Below, piece by piece: positions 38,862-46,669 of a DNA stretch of 64,000 nt. Positions within the stretch are counted from its first letter, which is position 1. Each line of letters starts with the position of its first letter. The DNA is taken from positions 1,196 through 65,195 of IMG/VR virus record IMGVR_UViG_2788500615_000003; one strand, written 5' to 3'. Origin of the DNA: a virus (Duplodnaviria > Caudoviricetes). The notes below the pieces were generated by a model, which was not told the DNA's origin, did not search any database, and worked only from the letters and a program-made list of their open reading frames with translations. The translations under genes and the position numbers were made by a program.

Positions 38862-40469
38862 CTACACGCGCCAGTCCGGCGCGGGTGCTTCTTGATATGC
38901 GTTGGCTTCGGTCATCGAGGCAAGCAGGCCGTTCTCTTTGGCTTGCGCCCACTGGCGCAGCGCGTCGGCGCCTTCGCTGCATCCGTTGCTCTTGTCTGGC
39001 TGGTCCAGGTAGCGGTTTTCGGAACGGCTGAACTTCTTCTTGTAGCCCTGGAGCCGCTTCACTCCCTCGGCACAGCGGTCCTGGTCGAAGTAGGCGCCCT
39101 TCAGGTGCTTGCGGGTCATGTTGATGCCGGCGATCAGTTCTGTGATGCGCGGCACGATGAAGAAGGTCTGCCCGGGCAGCAACGTCTGCAGCTGCTCGCG
39201 GGTGCTCTTGTTGTAGTCGCCGAGGCGCTTGTGGTCGGCGTCGTGCGGGAGGAAGTGCGCGCCGAACAAGTAGCCGGTGGTCTGCAGGTGCGTGGCGTAG
39301 TGGCGCAGGTCCTCGTTGTGCTCTTCGTAGTAGCCGATGAAGCGCGCCTCGCCGCGCAGCTCCTGCATGAACCAGATCGCGCAGCCATCGCTGTTGCCGA
39401 TGTCCCAGAAGGTGTAGACGGGCAGGTCGAGCACGGGCACCAGCGTGATGCCGCCACGCTGGCGCAGCTTCGTCATGTCCTTCGCGTAGTAGTTGCCCTC
39501 GGTGCTGACCTGGAACGCTTCGTCGGGCGTGGAGGGGTACTCCTGCCACATCCGCTCTTCCTTGCCCGGGAAGTCCGCCAGCTGCGTCGCGACATACCAG
39601 GCCCGCTGGCCCATGTCGATCTTGCAGCCCATCTCTTCTTCGATGCGCTCGAAGTATTCGTGCTGCTCTACCGTGATGGGCACCAGGCCCGGGTCCATCG
39701 TGTAGTTCGGCTCCTGCCACCACGCATAGAAGTGGAAGCGGTAGTCCCGCTCCGTCAGGCGGCGGTGCCCGAAGTGCAGCGCCTGGGCGCGCTTGGCAAT
39801 GTCGTAAAACTCGCCTTCCTGGCCTTCGGCGGTGCTCTCGATCACCAAGATGCCGTTCTTCGGCACGGCCGGGATGGAGCCGGTGACAACCTCCTGCGCC
39901 TTCTCCGGGTACTTTGCGCAGATCTTGCCGAACTCGCTGATGTGCAGCCGGTGGATGGTGCCGGAGCGCATCGACGTTGCGACGCGCACGCTGCTGTTGT
40001 TGTGCGCGAACAGCAGCTCCACCGCGCTGTCTCGCGCCAGCGGGAAACGCTGCCGGATTTCCTCGGGCAGGTTGTCGTAGGCGAACTTCACCTTGTCGCG
40101 GAAGATCGCCTCGGCCGCCTCGCGGTCCTGCGCGATGATGCCGCAGCGCTGGTCGGCGTTGAACAGCGCGTGGTCCAGCCACAGGATGGCGATGAGCGTG
40201 GTGAAGCCGAGCTGGCGTGCCTTGAGGATCAGGTTCCGATGCCACAGGCGCTTGAGGAACCGCCGCTGTGCGCCGTTGGGTTTGAACGGCAGCACGAACG
40301 ATTCGGCCGGCTCGCCCTCTTCCGCGTCGTCGCCCTTCACCATGATCTTGTAGAGGCACCCGCTGAACAGGCGCCACTCAGGGTCGGCCAGGCAGCGCTG
40401 CAGTTCCTCCGCGTTCGTGGGCAGAGGACGCAGCGGGGTGTCGTGGGCAATCCGCGTGCGGCCGGCCAC
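38862..40469 (-). CDS. terL: Terminase large subunit
   Basis: LKARQLGFTT Walker A, LHISE Walker B, IESTAEG, and WDIG/LPHD nuclease motifs. GTG start at 40469. Confidence 0.95.
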   Translation of the reverse strand: MAGRTRIAHDTPLRPLPTNAEELQRCLADPEWRLFSGCLYKIMVKGDDAEEGEPAESFVLPFKPNGAQRRFLKRLWHRNLILKARQLGFTTLIAILWLDHALFNADQRCGIIAQDREAAEAIFRDKVKFAYDNLPEEIRQRFPLARDSAVELLFAHNNSSVRVATSMRSGTIHRLHISEFGKICAKYPEKAQEVVTGSIPAVPKNGILVIESTAEGQEGEFYDIAKRAQALHFGHRRLTERDYRFHFYAWWQEPNYTMDPGLVPITVEQHEYFERIEEEMGCKIDMGQRAWYVATQLADFPGKEERMWQEYPSTPDEAFQVSTEGNYYAKDMTKLRQRGGITLVPVLDLPVYTFWDIGNSDGCAIWFMQELRGEARFIGYYEEHNEDLRHYATHLQTTGYLFGAHFLPHDADHKRLGDYNKSTREQLQTLLPGQTFFIVPRITELIAGINMTRKHLKGAYFDQDRCAEGVKRLQGYKKKFSRSENRYLDQPDKSNGCSEGADALRQWAQAKENGLLASMTEANAYQEAPAPDWRV

Positions 40470-40471
40470 GA

Positions 40472-41434
40472 TCAGTCCTCTTCCGGGTCGTCGGCGCGCG
40501 GCATGAACGCGCTCGGCGCCGCGGACGCTGCGGTGCGCTCCGGATCCTCGGCCACCGGCTTGAAGGCATTGCCACTGCCCTTGGCGATGGCGTGCAGCAG
40601 TGCGGCCAAGGGGTCGGTCTTCTGCTGGTTGTCCTTCTCGTACAGGCCCAGGTGCTTGAACAGCTTCTCGGCGAACACGCCCTTGTCGTGCATCAGGACC
40701 TCGATGCCGTACTTGCCCTGCTTGGCGCCGGCGTACAGCGCAAGCGCCTGGGGCGAGAGGTAGCGCGTGTCCTTCAGCGTCGTGCGTGCGTGACCGTCGC
40801 CGCTGCAGTCCGGGCAGCTGGGGTGCGGGTCCTTCAGCGGGTCGAAGCCGATGCCGCCCTTCTCTTCCCACTCTTCGTCGGGCTTGCCTTCGGCGCGATG
40901 CAGCTCACGCTCCCGGTTGTATTCCGCGAGTGTGCGCTGGTACTTGTGACCTTCGCCCCAGCAATGCCGGCAGCAACCGACTTTCACCTCGACCAGTTCG
41001 CGGGGGTCGGCCGTCACGATGTTCCAAGCTTCCGTGACCACGCGGTCGGCGCTGATCTGGGTTCGCTCCTGCTGCGCCTTCCGGCCAGCGGCCACGGCCG
41101 TCTGAATACTAAGTTTTGCTAAGAGCTGCGCGCCCTGCTCGTTGGCGGTGGCGGCGCTATACCCGGCCCGGATTGCTGCCTGCGTGGCGTTCAAGTCCAC
41201 CAGGTACTCGTCCACGAAGCGCTGCTGCTTCTCGGTGAGCGGAACCACGGGTACGACAGCAGGCGCCTCGGGCTTGGACGCACGCTTGCGCGGGGCAGGC
41301 TTCACCGGAGCCTTCGCCTTGGCGGGTGCCTTCTTGCGTGCAGGCGCAACTACGCCCACAGTCTTCTTCTTGACTGCGGGCTTCGATGGGATCTTGCGGG
41401 GCGCGGGCTTCTTTCCCGCCGGGGGTTTTGCCAT
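40472..41434 (-). CDS. terS: Terminase small subunit with Zn-finger insert and Lys/Pro-rich N-terminal tail
   Basis: LTEKQQRFVDEYLVDLNATQAAIRAGYS motif and CRHC...CPDC. Confidence 0.93.
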   Translation of the reverse strand: MAKPPAGKKPAPRKIPSKPAVKKKTVGVVAPARKKAPAKAKAPVKPAPRKRASKPEAPAVVPVVPLTEKQQRFVDEYLVDLNATQAAIRAGYSAATANEQGAQLLAKLSIQTAVAAGRKAQQERTQISADRVVTEAWNIVTADPRELVEVKVGCCRHCWGEGHKYQRTLAEYNRERELHRAEGKPDEEWEEKGGIGFDPLKDPHPSCPDCSGDGHARTTLKDTRYLSPQALALYAGAKQGKYGIEVLMHDKGVFAEKLFKHLGLYEKDNQQKTDPLAALLHAIAKGSGNAFKPVAEDPERTAASAAPSAFMPRADDPEED

Positions 41435-41441
41435 GCCCGGC

Positions 41442-41484
41442 AGTGTTCCGGGCGTGGGGGGTTGCGTCGAACCCTACAGGGTGG
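41442..41484 (-). promoter_or_regulatory. Late promoter box 4 (CCACCCTGTAGGGTT-N22-AACACT); probably leaderless terS mRNA
   Basis: Exact spacer. ATG lies 7 nt after the -10 hexamer and no Shine-Dalgarno is present. Confidence 0.7.
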
Positions 41485-41487
41485 CGC

Positions 41488-42072
41488 CTACGCGCTAGCG
41501 ATGGCGCCCATGATCGTGGCAATGGATGCCGCCACCTCCAAGGCCTTGGGCAATCCATTCAACAACGAGCGAACCACCGACCGCTTTGGCGCACCCGACG
41601 CGAACTGGCTCTTCACCTCTTCGACCGCCTCAAGCGCTTCTGCCTTCTCGTTTTCCGACAGATCGGCCGTGCGGATGGCAGCCATGATCGTGTCGATCTG
41701 CTCCGCAACATCGGATTGGATGTGCACCACGTTGGTCGAGTTGTCCACCGAGTTGACGTTGACGCGGGCATTGTTGCCGGTCAAGTTGTACGTGATGTGC
41801 TGCACTGCAGCTTTCGCCTCCGGAAGGCCCAGCTTCTTGACCTGCAGCTGGTAATGCGGTCCGATCATTCCAGTGTCGTAGAACACCGGATCGATCACTT
41901 GGTAGGTTTCCTCCGCGCCCGTCGCGATGGTTCGGATGATCAGGTCCCCAGGGTCAACGCGATGATTCTTTCCTCCGATGTAGATGCCGGTCGAACTACC
42001 GACGGTTCCTCGAATGCTGATGCGTGTGCCGTCCGTCTTGAGAAGGTCCAGGGGCTCTCGGTCGAAGTTCAT
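41488..42072 (-). CDS. Hypothetical moron protein with an Asn-rich beta motif
   Basis: 194-aa ORF between the tRNA terminator and the terS promoter. Confidence 0.7.
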   Translation of the reverse strand: MNFDREPLDLLKTDGTRISIRGTVGSSTGIYIGGKNHRVDPGDLIIRTIATGAEETYQVIDPVFYDTGMIGPHYQLQVKKLGLPEAKAAVQHITYNLTGNNARVNVNSVDNSTNVVHIQSDVAEQIDTIMAAIRTADLSENEKAEALEAVEEVKSQFASGAPKRSVVRSLLNGLPKALEVAASIATIMGAIASA

Positions 42073-42132
42073 CAGGCTTGCCTTTCGCTACCAGCTATCG
42101 GGTGGAGATCCATCAAGTCTACGGCGAGAACG

Positions 42133-42163
42133 AAAAAAGCCCGCTCGGGCGAACCCGGCGGGC
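42133..42163 (-). terminator. Intrinsic terminator after the tRNA
   Basis: GCCCGCCGGG-TTCG-CCCGAGCGGGC followed by TTTTTT. Confidence 0.8.
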
Positions 42164-42200
42164 GAAGCGTTCGCAATGAGGCAAACGTGGAGACAACTGC

Positions 42201-42276
42201 TGGTTGCAGGGGGCGGATTCGAACCGCCGACAACCGGGTTATGGGCCCGGTGATCTACCGCCTGATCTACCCTGCG
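42201..42276 (-). tRNA. tRNA-fMet (CAT), initiator type, with atypical C33
   Basis: 76-nt cloverleaf with encoded CCA, C1xA72 mismatch, A11-U24, GGG/CCC anticodon stem and TTCGAAT T-loop. Confidence 0.93.
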
Positions 42277-42285
42277 ATGGGATTG

Positions 42286-42329
42286 ATGATTCCTGGGATC
42301 GAGTGAGTGGACGAACCCTACAGGGGGTT
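42286..42329 (-). promoter_or_regulatory. Late promoter box 5 (CCCCCTGTAGGGTT-N22-AATCAT) driving the tRNA
   Basis: Exact spacer. The tRNA begins 9 nt after the -10 hexamer. Confidence 0.7.
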
Positions 42330-42613
42330 CAGACCGAAGGGCACATGCGCCACTGGCTGCGCACATGCGGGCGCTCGCGCTTCGCGAGGCCCAGGGCGTG
42401 GGCACAGGCCTGGACCAGCTCCGCCGGATGCGGGAGCGCGACCAGGCGCGGCTGTTCGAATACCGCGGGCACGCCGGCAACGAAATCGCGGGCGAAGCAG
42501 TAGACGGCAGTGCAAGCGGCTGCCACCCGGTCGTAGCCGACGCTGATGGTGCTGCTGACGAGCGCGGCGGCGGCCAGGCCGAGGATGATGAAGCGGGAGC
42601 GGATGGTTGCCAT
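42329..42613 (-). CDS. Phage hypothetical protein with hydrophobic N-terminus
   Basis: 94-aa ORF downstream of box 6. Confidence 0.5.
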   Translation of the reverse strand: MATIRSRFIILGLAAAALVSSTISVGYDRVAAACTAVYCFARDFVAGVPAVFEQPRLVALPHPAELVQACAHALGLAKRERPHVRSQWRMCPSV

Positions 42614-42645
42614 GGAGGGGCCTTGAAGTGGATTGAAGGAGCCCT

Positions 42646-42690
42646 AATCTTCTTGGGTACCCGGCCCGCATCCCAATCCCTACAGGGGGT
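42646..42690 (-). promoter_or_regulatory. Late promoter box 6 (CCCCCTGTAGGGAT-N24-AAGATT)
   Basis: The core is conserved but the spacer is 2 nt longer. Confidence 0.5.
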
Positions 42691-42730
42691 AGCCGCTGCT
42701 GTCGGAAAGACCAACTTAGAACGGAGACAT

Positions 42731-43207
42731 ATGAGCCATTCCATTTTTTCTATCAACGGCCTGCCTCGGCCCTTTTTTCGCGACGCCTACCTAGTGGTCT
42801 CCGTCTGGCGCCCGACCCCGACTTCCTGGCGCGCCGAGTACTACATCCTGACGAGGCGGCCGGACGAACATGTCTTCTGCGGCCAGGTGGACATCGATCC
42901 GACGACTTTCCCGGCCGAAGTACAGGATGAGCTGTCCATTGACGAGAAGTACATGATCAACGAGGCGAAGCAGCAAGCTGAGATCGTTGTCATCGAAGAG
43001 CTGAGCAAACTTGCTCAGCAGCAGCAAGATCCCGAGTTGGAATACCTGCCGACAGGCCTGGAATCCACCATCATGACTTTGGGCACTCTCTGGCGCCTGG
43101 GCACTTATAAAGCTGCGCTTCAAAAGATTGCCAGCACTACCGGCTCGAAGGAGCTGAAGCTCCATCTGAGCATTGCATTCTCCATTCGGCTGGGGAGCAA
43201 CGCCTGA
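42731..43207 (+). CDS. Hypothetical moron protein
   Basis: GGAG Shine-Dalgarno plus ATG. Opposite orientation to the flanking operon. Confidence 0.65.
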   Translation: MSHSIFSINGLPRPFFRDAYLVVSVWRPTPTSWRAEYYILTRRPDEHVFCGQVDIDPTTFPAEVQDELSIDEKYMINEAKQQAEIVVIEELSKLAQQQQDPELEYLPTGLESTIMTLGTLWRLGTYKAALQKIASTTGSKELKLHLSIAFSIRLGSNA

Positions 43208-43230
43208 GCACGCCCCAAGCTGTCCTGCGA

Positions 43231-43716
43231 CTACCCCTCCGCTAGCCCTCGCAACTCGTCGCGCTGCATAGCCACCTTATTGCGCGCCGTCCTCAAGTCC
43301 CGGAGCAGCACGCGCAGTTCGTCGTGCGTGCGCTGCTTCAATGACTCTTCGCCGCCGGAGATCACCGGCTGCGCGGCCTGCAGCAGGCCTTCCGCCGTGA
43401 TTCGCTTGCCCTCGCATTCATTGAGAATCAGCGCGACGGAGGAATTGTTGTACGAACCGCTCTTGATCTCCAGCACCTTGGCGCGCTGCTTGGTCTTGAC
43501 GACATCACCGCCATGAAGGCGCACGTCGTCAGAGAGTCCATGTGCTTCCAGAATCACGTCATCAACCAGCCGGCGGCGCTCGGCCGCCTCGCTCAGTTCC
43601 TCGGCCCGCTTCTCTGCGTTCGCAGCACGGCCATTCGCAAAGTACGACTGGAAACCCGCCCCGATGCTGACCAGGAGCGCGAGGCCAGAAATCACGTCAC
43701 CTGGGGAAATGGTCAC
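43231..43716 (-). CDS. Membrane-anchored hypothetical protein (moron)
   Basis: N-terminal TM helix followed by a coiled region. Confidence 0.65.
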   Translation of the reverse strand: MTISPGDVISGLALLVSIGAGFQSYFANGRAANAEKRAEELSEAAERRRLVDDVILEAHGLSDDVRLHGGDVVKTKQRAKVLEIKSGSYNNSSVALILNECEGKRITAEGLLQAAQPVISGGEESLKQRTHDELRVLLRDLRTARNKVAMQRDELRGLAEG

Positions 43717-43760
43717 AGCGAAAGTCCTTTAGAGGCCTGCGCCAGCCGGCGCCTGCTAGA

Positions 43761-43961
43761 TCAGGGGTTTTGGGGGCCGCCCATTGTCTTCGATGCCGGC
43801 AGCTTCGCAAGAACCATGATCCAGTCCGGTAGCGCGCCCCCGAAGAATTGCCGCAGGTCCGCCTCGGCGCTCGCCGGGATGAGGTAGACGGTCCGGTCCC
43901 CCTCGGGTCCGCCGGGGTCGATGCCCCGCCAAGTCGTCTGATCCAGACCCTGTTCCATCAC
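43761..43961 (-). CDS. Small hypothetical protein
   Basis: GTGA overlap with the upstream gene and a GGAGG Shine-Dalgarno. Confidence 0.5.
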   Translation of the reverse strand: MMEQGLDQTTWRGIDPGGPEGDRTVYLIPASAEADLRQFFGGALPDWIMVLAKLPASKTMGGPQNP

Positions 43962-44440
43962 GCCTCCAGCAGCGAGCGCTGCGACGGGTCGTGGCGTTCC
44001 TTCAGGGCTGCCACCTCGCGCGTCAGCTTGCGCACCTGGTCGGCCAGCTCGGTGTTGACGCGCAGCGCCTGCTGGCCCAGGTCGATGGAAGCGAACTGCG
44101 CCGCGGCGCCCGCCTGCAGGCCGGCCAGCATGCGGTCCTCGCGCGGCGTCAGCATGAACACGTCGTCCCCGATCTCCAGCTTGACCATGCCGTCCGGCAT
44201 GAGCGTCTTCGACATGGCGCGCGCCGGCGGGTGCACCGCGGCCGGCACGAACACCCCGCGCTGCACGCGCAGGATCTTCCCGTCGTCCACCAGCACGCCG
44301 AGGCGGTCATCGATCACGGTCAGCTTCAGGCCGGTCACCTGCGCCAGCGTCTCGCGCGTGACGATCTGCTCCTGGTTGTGCAGGTCCTGCACGGCTTCGA
44401 GCACCTGCTGCGTGCTCGTCTTCGGGGTTGTTGTGTTCAT
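43958..44440 (-). CDS. Winged-helix DNA-binding protein (candidate late regulator)
   Basis: TRETLAQVTGLKLTVIDDRL..LVDDGKILRVQRGVF wHTH pattern. Occupies the position of lambda Q. Confidence 0.6.
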   Translation of the reverse strand: MNTTTPKTSTQQVLEAVQDLHNQEQIVTRETLAQVTGLKLTVIDDRLGVLVDDGKILRVQRGVFVPAAVHPPARAMSKTLMPDGMVKLEIGDDVFMLTPREDRMLAGLQAGAAAQFASIDLGQQALRVNTELADQVRKLTREVAALKERHDPSQRSLLEA

Positions 44441-44937
44441 GGTCTCCACTTCGGCAAGTTCACGGGCCACAGGCCCTGGGATTCGATGTGCTGGCGGGTG
44501 TCGTGTCCCCATTCGTCCGCCCGCCGCGCGGCCAGCTCGCGCGGGAACAGCTTGTATTGGTCAAAGCGCGTGTGGCAGCCCAGCACGCCCGGCCGGTCGG
44601 CGCACAGCGGGAAGCAGGTCCGGTCGTCGGTCTTGCCGCCCTTGGCCTTGCCCTTGTTCGCATGGGCGGCCTGGCTGTGTCCGTGCAGTCCGCAGTGCGC
44701 GCACGGAAGTGCGGCCACCAGGCGCAGGTAGGGCTCGCTGCGCTGCGGCAGCGTCTTCGGGATGGCGCGGATCACGGCTGGCGGCCGTGCCATGACAGCG
44801 TGCCGCGGCTTCGCGGCGGTCATCGCGGCCGCGGCACGGGTGGCCAGCCGCTCTTCGCGCTCAGCGGTCCAGGACGACTCTGGCGCGGCCGGGCGCGGCC
44901 AGGGCGTGCGCTTCATGGGCGTGCGGCGCAGCGTCAT
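44437..44937 (-). CDS. DUF968-like Zn-binding/HNH-related protein
   Basis: RSEPYLRLVAALPCAHCG..QAAH...DD...FPLC...CH motif. Confidence 0.75.
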   Translation of the reverse strand: MTLRRTPMKRTPWPRPAAPESSWTAEREERLATRAAAAMTAAKPRHAVMARPPAVIRAIPKTLPQRSEPYLRLVAALPCAHCGLHGHSQAAHANKGKAKGGKTDDRTCFPLCADRPGVLGCHTRFDQYKLFPRELAARRADEWGHDTRQHIESQGLWPVNLPKWRP

Positions 44938-45455
44938 TCCCGGAATTCCCCCAGCACCGTCTCGATCATCTGGATGCGCATGGGCGTGGACAGGTGGCGC
45001 CAAAGCGTCTTTCCCGCGTGCTCGGTGCGCAGGAAGGCGACGGCGTTGGCGTGGAACACCTCCATCTCGCCCTGCTCCATCTTCGAGTAGCTGATGCTCT
45101 TCGGCACGGGGAACACGCCGCCCTTCGGGCCCGGATACCACTCGACGTGCCCGGCTCCGACCTTCAGCCAGTCGCGGAAGGGCTCGAAGGCTTCGAAACG
45201 CTCCTGGGCCTGGAACACGGCCTGCTCGAGCGCCATGTGCTTGCGGTGGTACCAGCCCAGGCGCTGCTGGTGGGTCTTCACCTCCATCATTTCGCCCGGC
45301 TCCAGCCGCATGAGGCCGGAGAGAAAACGGCGCCAGCGGTTCTGGTTCTGCTGGCCCAGGCCATCGACGTGGCCGGTGAACACCTCGCGCGCGATGGCGC
45401 GCTTCTCTTCAGGCAGTTCGACGGGTTGCTGGCGCACCAGCACGATGTCAGCCAT
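44934..45455 (-). CDS. DUF1367-like (nin region) protein
   Basis: R...HRK..AL, FRDWLKVGAGH and PKSISY..M motifs. Confidence 0.7.
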   Translation of the reverse strand: MADIVLVRQQPVELPEEKRAIAREVFTGHVDGLGQQNQNRWRRFLSGLMRLEPGEMMEVKTHQQRLGWYHRKHMALEQAVFQAQERFEAFEPFRDWLKVGAGHVEWYPGPKGGVFPVPKSISYSKMEQGEMEVFHANAVAFLRTEHAGKTLWRHLSTPMRIQMIETVLGEFRE

Positions 45456-45879
45456 GACGCGCCCTCCGGTACGGCCACGCCACCATGGCGGCATCGCGCT
45501 CGTGTTGGTTGCTCCGCTCGGCCCAGCCGGTAGCGGCGGCGAACTGTGCCGCGTTCAGCTTGGCGCCCTTGGCGGTCGGGCTGATGCCGTGCGCCGGAAT
45601 GCCGAGGTCTGCACACACCGAGGTGATGAGGCCGCACCACGCATCAACCTGCCCTACGTTACGAGCGATCTTCAGCGCTGCCGCGCGGCTGCCCGCGGTC
45701 GTCCACACCTTCGACTCCAGCCGGCTGTCCTCGAACACCACGCGCGCTGGCATGTAGCTGCGCAGCATGTGCTCGATGGTGTGCGGCTCCACAGTGCGAA
45801 GGAACTGCAGCGCGCCACCGTCGAAGGCTGCAAGGCCTGTGCTCGCGCCCGGGTCGATACCGAGGATGTGCACCGTCAC
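45448..45879 (-). CDS. RuvC-like Holliday junction resolvase
   Basis: ILGIDPG, VVFE and NQHERDAA acidic motifs. Confidence 0.75.
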   Translation of the reverse strand: MTVHILGIDPGASTGLAAFDGGALQFLRTVEPHTIEHMLRSYMPARVVFEDSRLESKVWTTAGSRAAALKIARNVGQVDAWCGLITSVCADLGIPAHGISPTAKGAKLNAAQFAAATGWAERSNQHERDAAMVAWPYRRARHG

Positions 45880-46145
45880 AGCAAGGCTCCTTGTGGTGCG
45901 GCGCGCATCTGGCCGAGCTGCTGGGCGGCGAGCTTGACGGCCTCGTGCCCCTTCTTCCAGTCGTCGCCCCAGATGTTCCGGAGCGCGGCCTTGTACTCGT
46001 CGCGCAGCGTGCCGTCCTGGCGAGAGCGCCAGAATTCGGGACCATTGGCGATGCCGCGGGTCAGGCACTCGCGGCAGTTGGCCGTGTAGCCGGGCCAGTC
46101 CGCCCGGATAGCCGCCTTGGCGCAGTTGGGGCAGGTCATGGGCAT
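45876..46145 (-). CDS. Small Zn-finger protein
   Basis: CPNC and CREC pairs. Confidence 0.65.
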   Translation of the reverse strand: MPMTCPNCAKAAIRADWPGYTANCRECLTRGIANGPEFWRSRQDGTLRDEYKAALRNIWGDDWKKGHEAVKLAAQQLGQMRAAPQGALL

Positions 46146-46669
46146 GCTCCTTCACGCGCACCGAGGCCGGTGAACACGCCCTTGCTGGCAAAGCTCTTCA
46201 GCTCGCCGCGGCGCGCGCGGCTGACCAGCGTGGTACCGATGCCCAGCCGCTTCGCGATGGCGCGCCCCGTCTCCCGGCTGGACTGGATCTCCACGATCAG
46301 CGCCGGCGTCACCTTCGAGCGCGCGCGGGCGATGGCGCGGTTCGCGAGGATGCGCGTGGTCTTGCCCTTGTACACACCGGTCTTCGTCTGCCAGCGGCCG
46401 AAGGCGGCGTCGCTCGTGCAAGCGATGTGATCCGGGTTGCAGCACGCGCGCTCGTCGCAGGTGCCGTAGGCGCGCCAACCGTTCGGGATGGGCTTGCCCG
46501 TCGTGCAGTGCGTCACCGCCCGCGGCCCGCTCTGTACCGTCATCCCGCCCTTGGTGTAGTCCGGCGCCCAGATGTTGGCGCGGCCGTCCGGGCGCAGCGA
46601 ACCGTCCCACAGCCAGTGGCCTTCGGGCGTGATCTTGCAGCGCCCCTTGATCTCTTCGATGGTCTTCAT
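46136..46669 (-). CDS. Degenerate HNH endonuclease-like protein with C-terminal HTH
   Basis: HWLWDG, CDERACCNPDHI and GRAIAKRLGIGTTLVSR. Confidence 0.7.
   Translation of the reverse strand: MKTIEEIKGRCKITPEGHWLWDGSLRPDGRANIWAPDYTKGGMTVQSGPRAVTHCTTGKPIPNGWRAYGTCDERACCNPDHIACTSDAAFGRWQTKTGVYKGKTTRILANRAIARARSKVTPALIVEIQSSRETGRAIAKRLGIGTTLVSRARRGELKSFASKGVFTGLGAREGACP

Noticed and set aside
40470-40871. Extended terminase large subunit overlapping terS
   Set aside because: Off-frame read of terS. The GTG at 40469 follows the terS stop and has a GAGGA Shine-Dalgarno.
42201-42276. tRNA-Ile2 (lysidine) or elongator tRNA-Met, or an att-site tRNA remnant
   Set aside because: Initiator determinants are present. 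The gene is complete, internal to the phage and has its own promoter, and no duplicate 3' fragment was seen.
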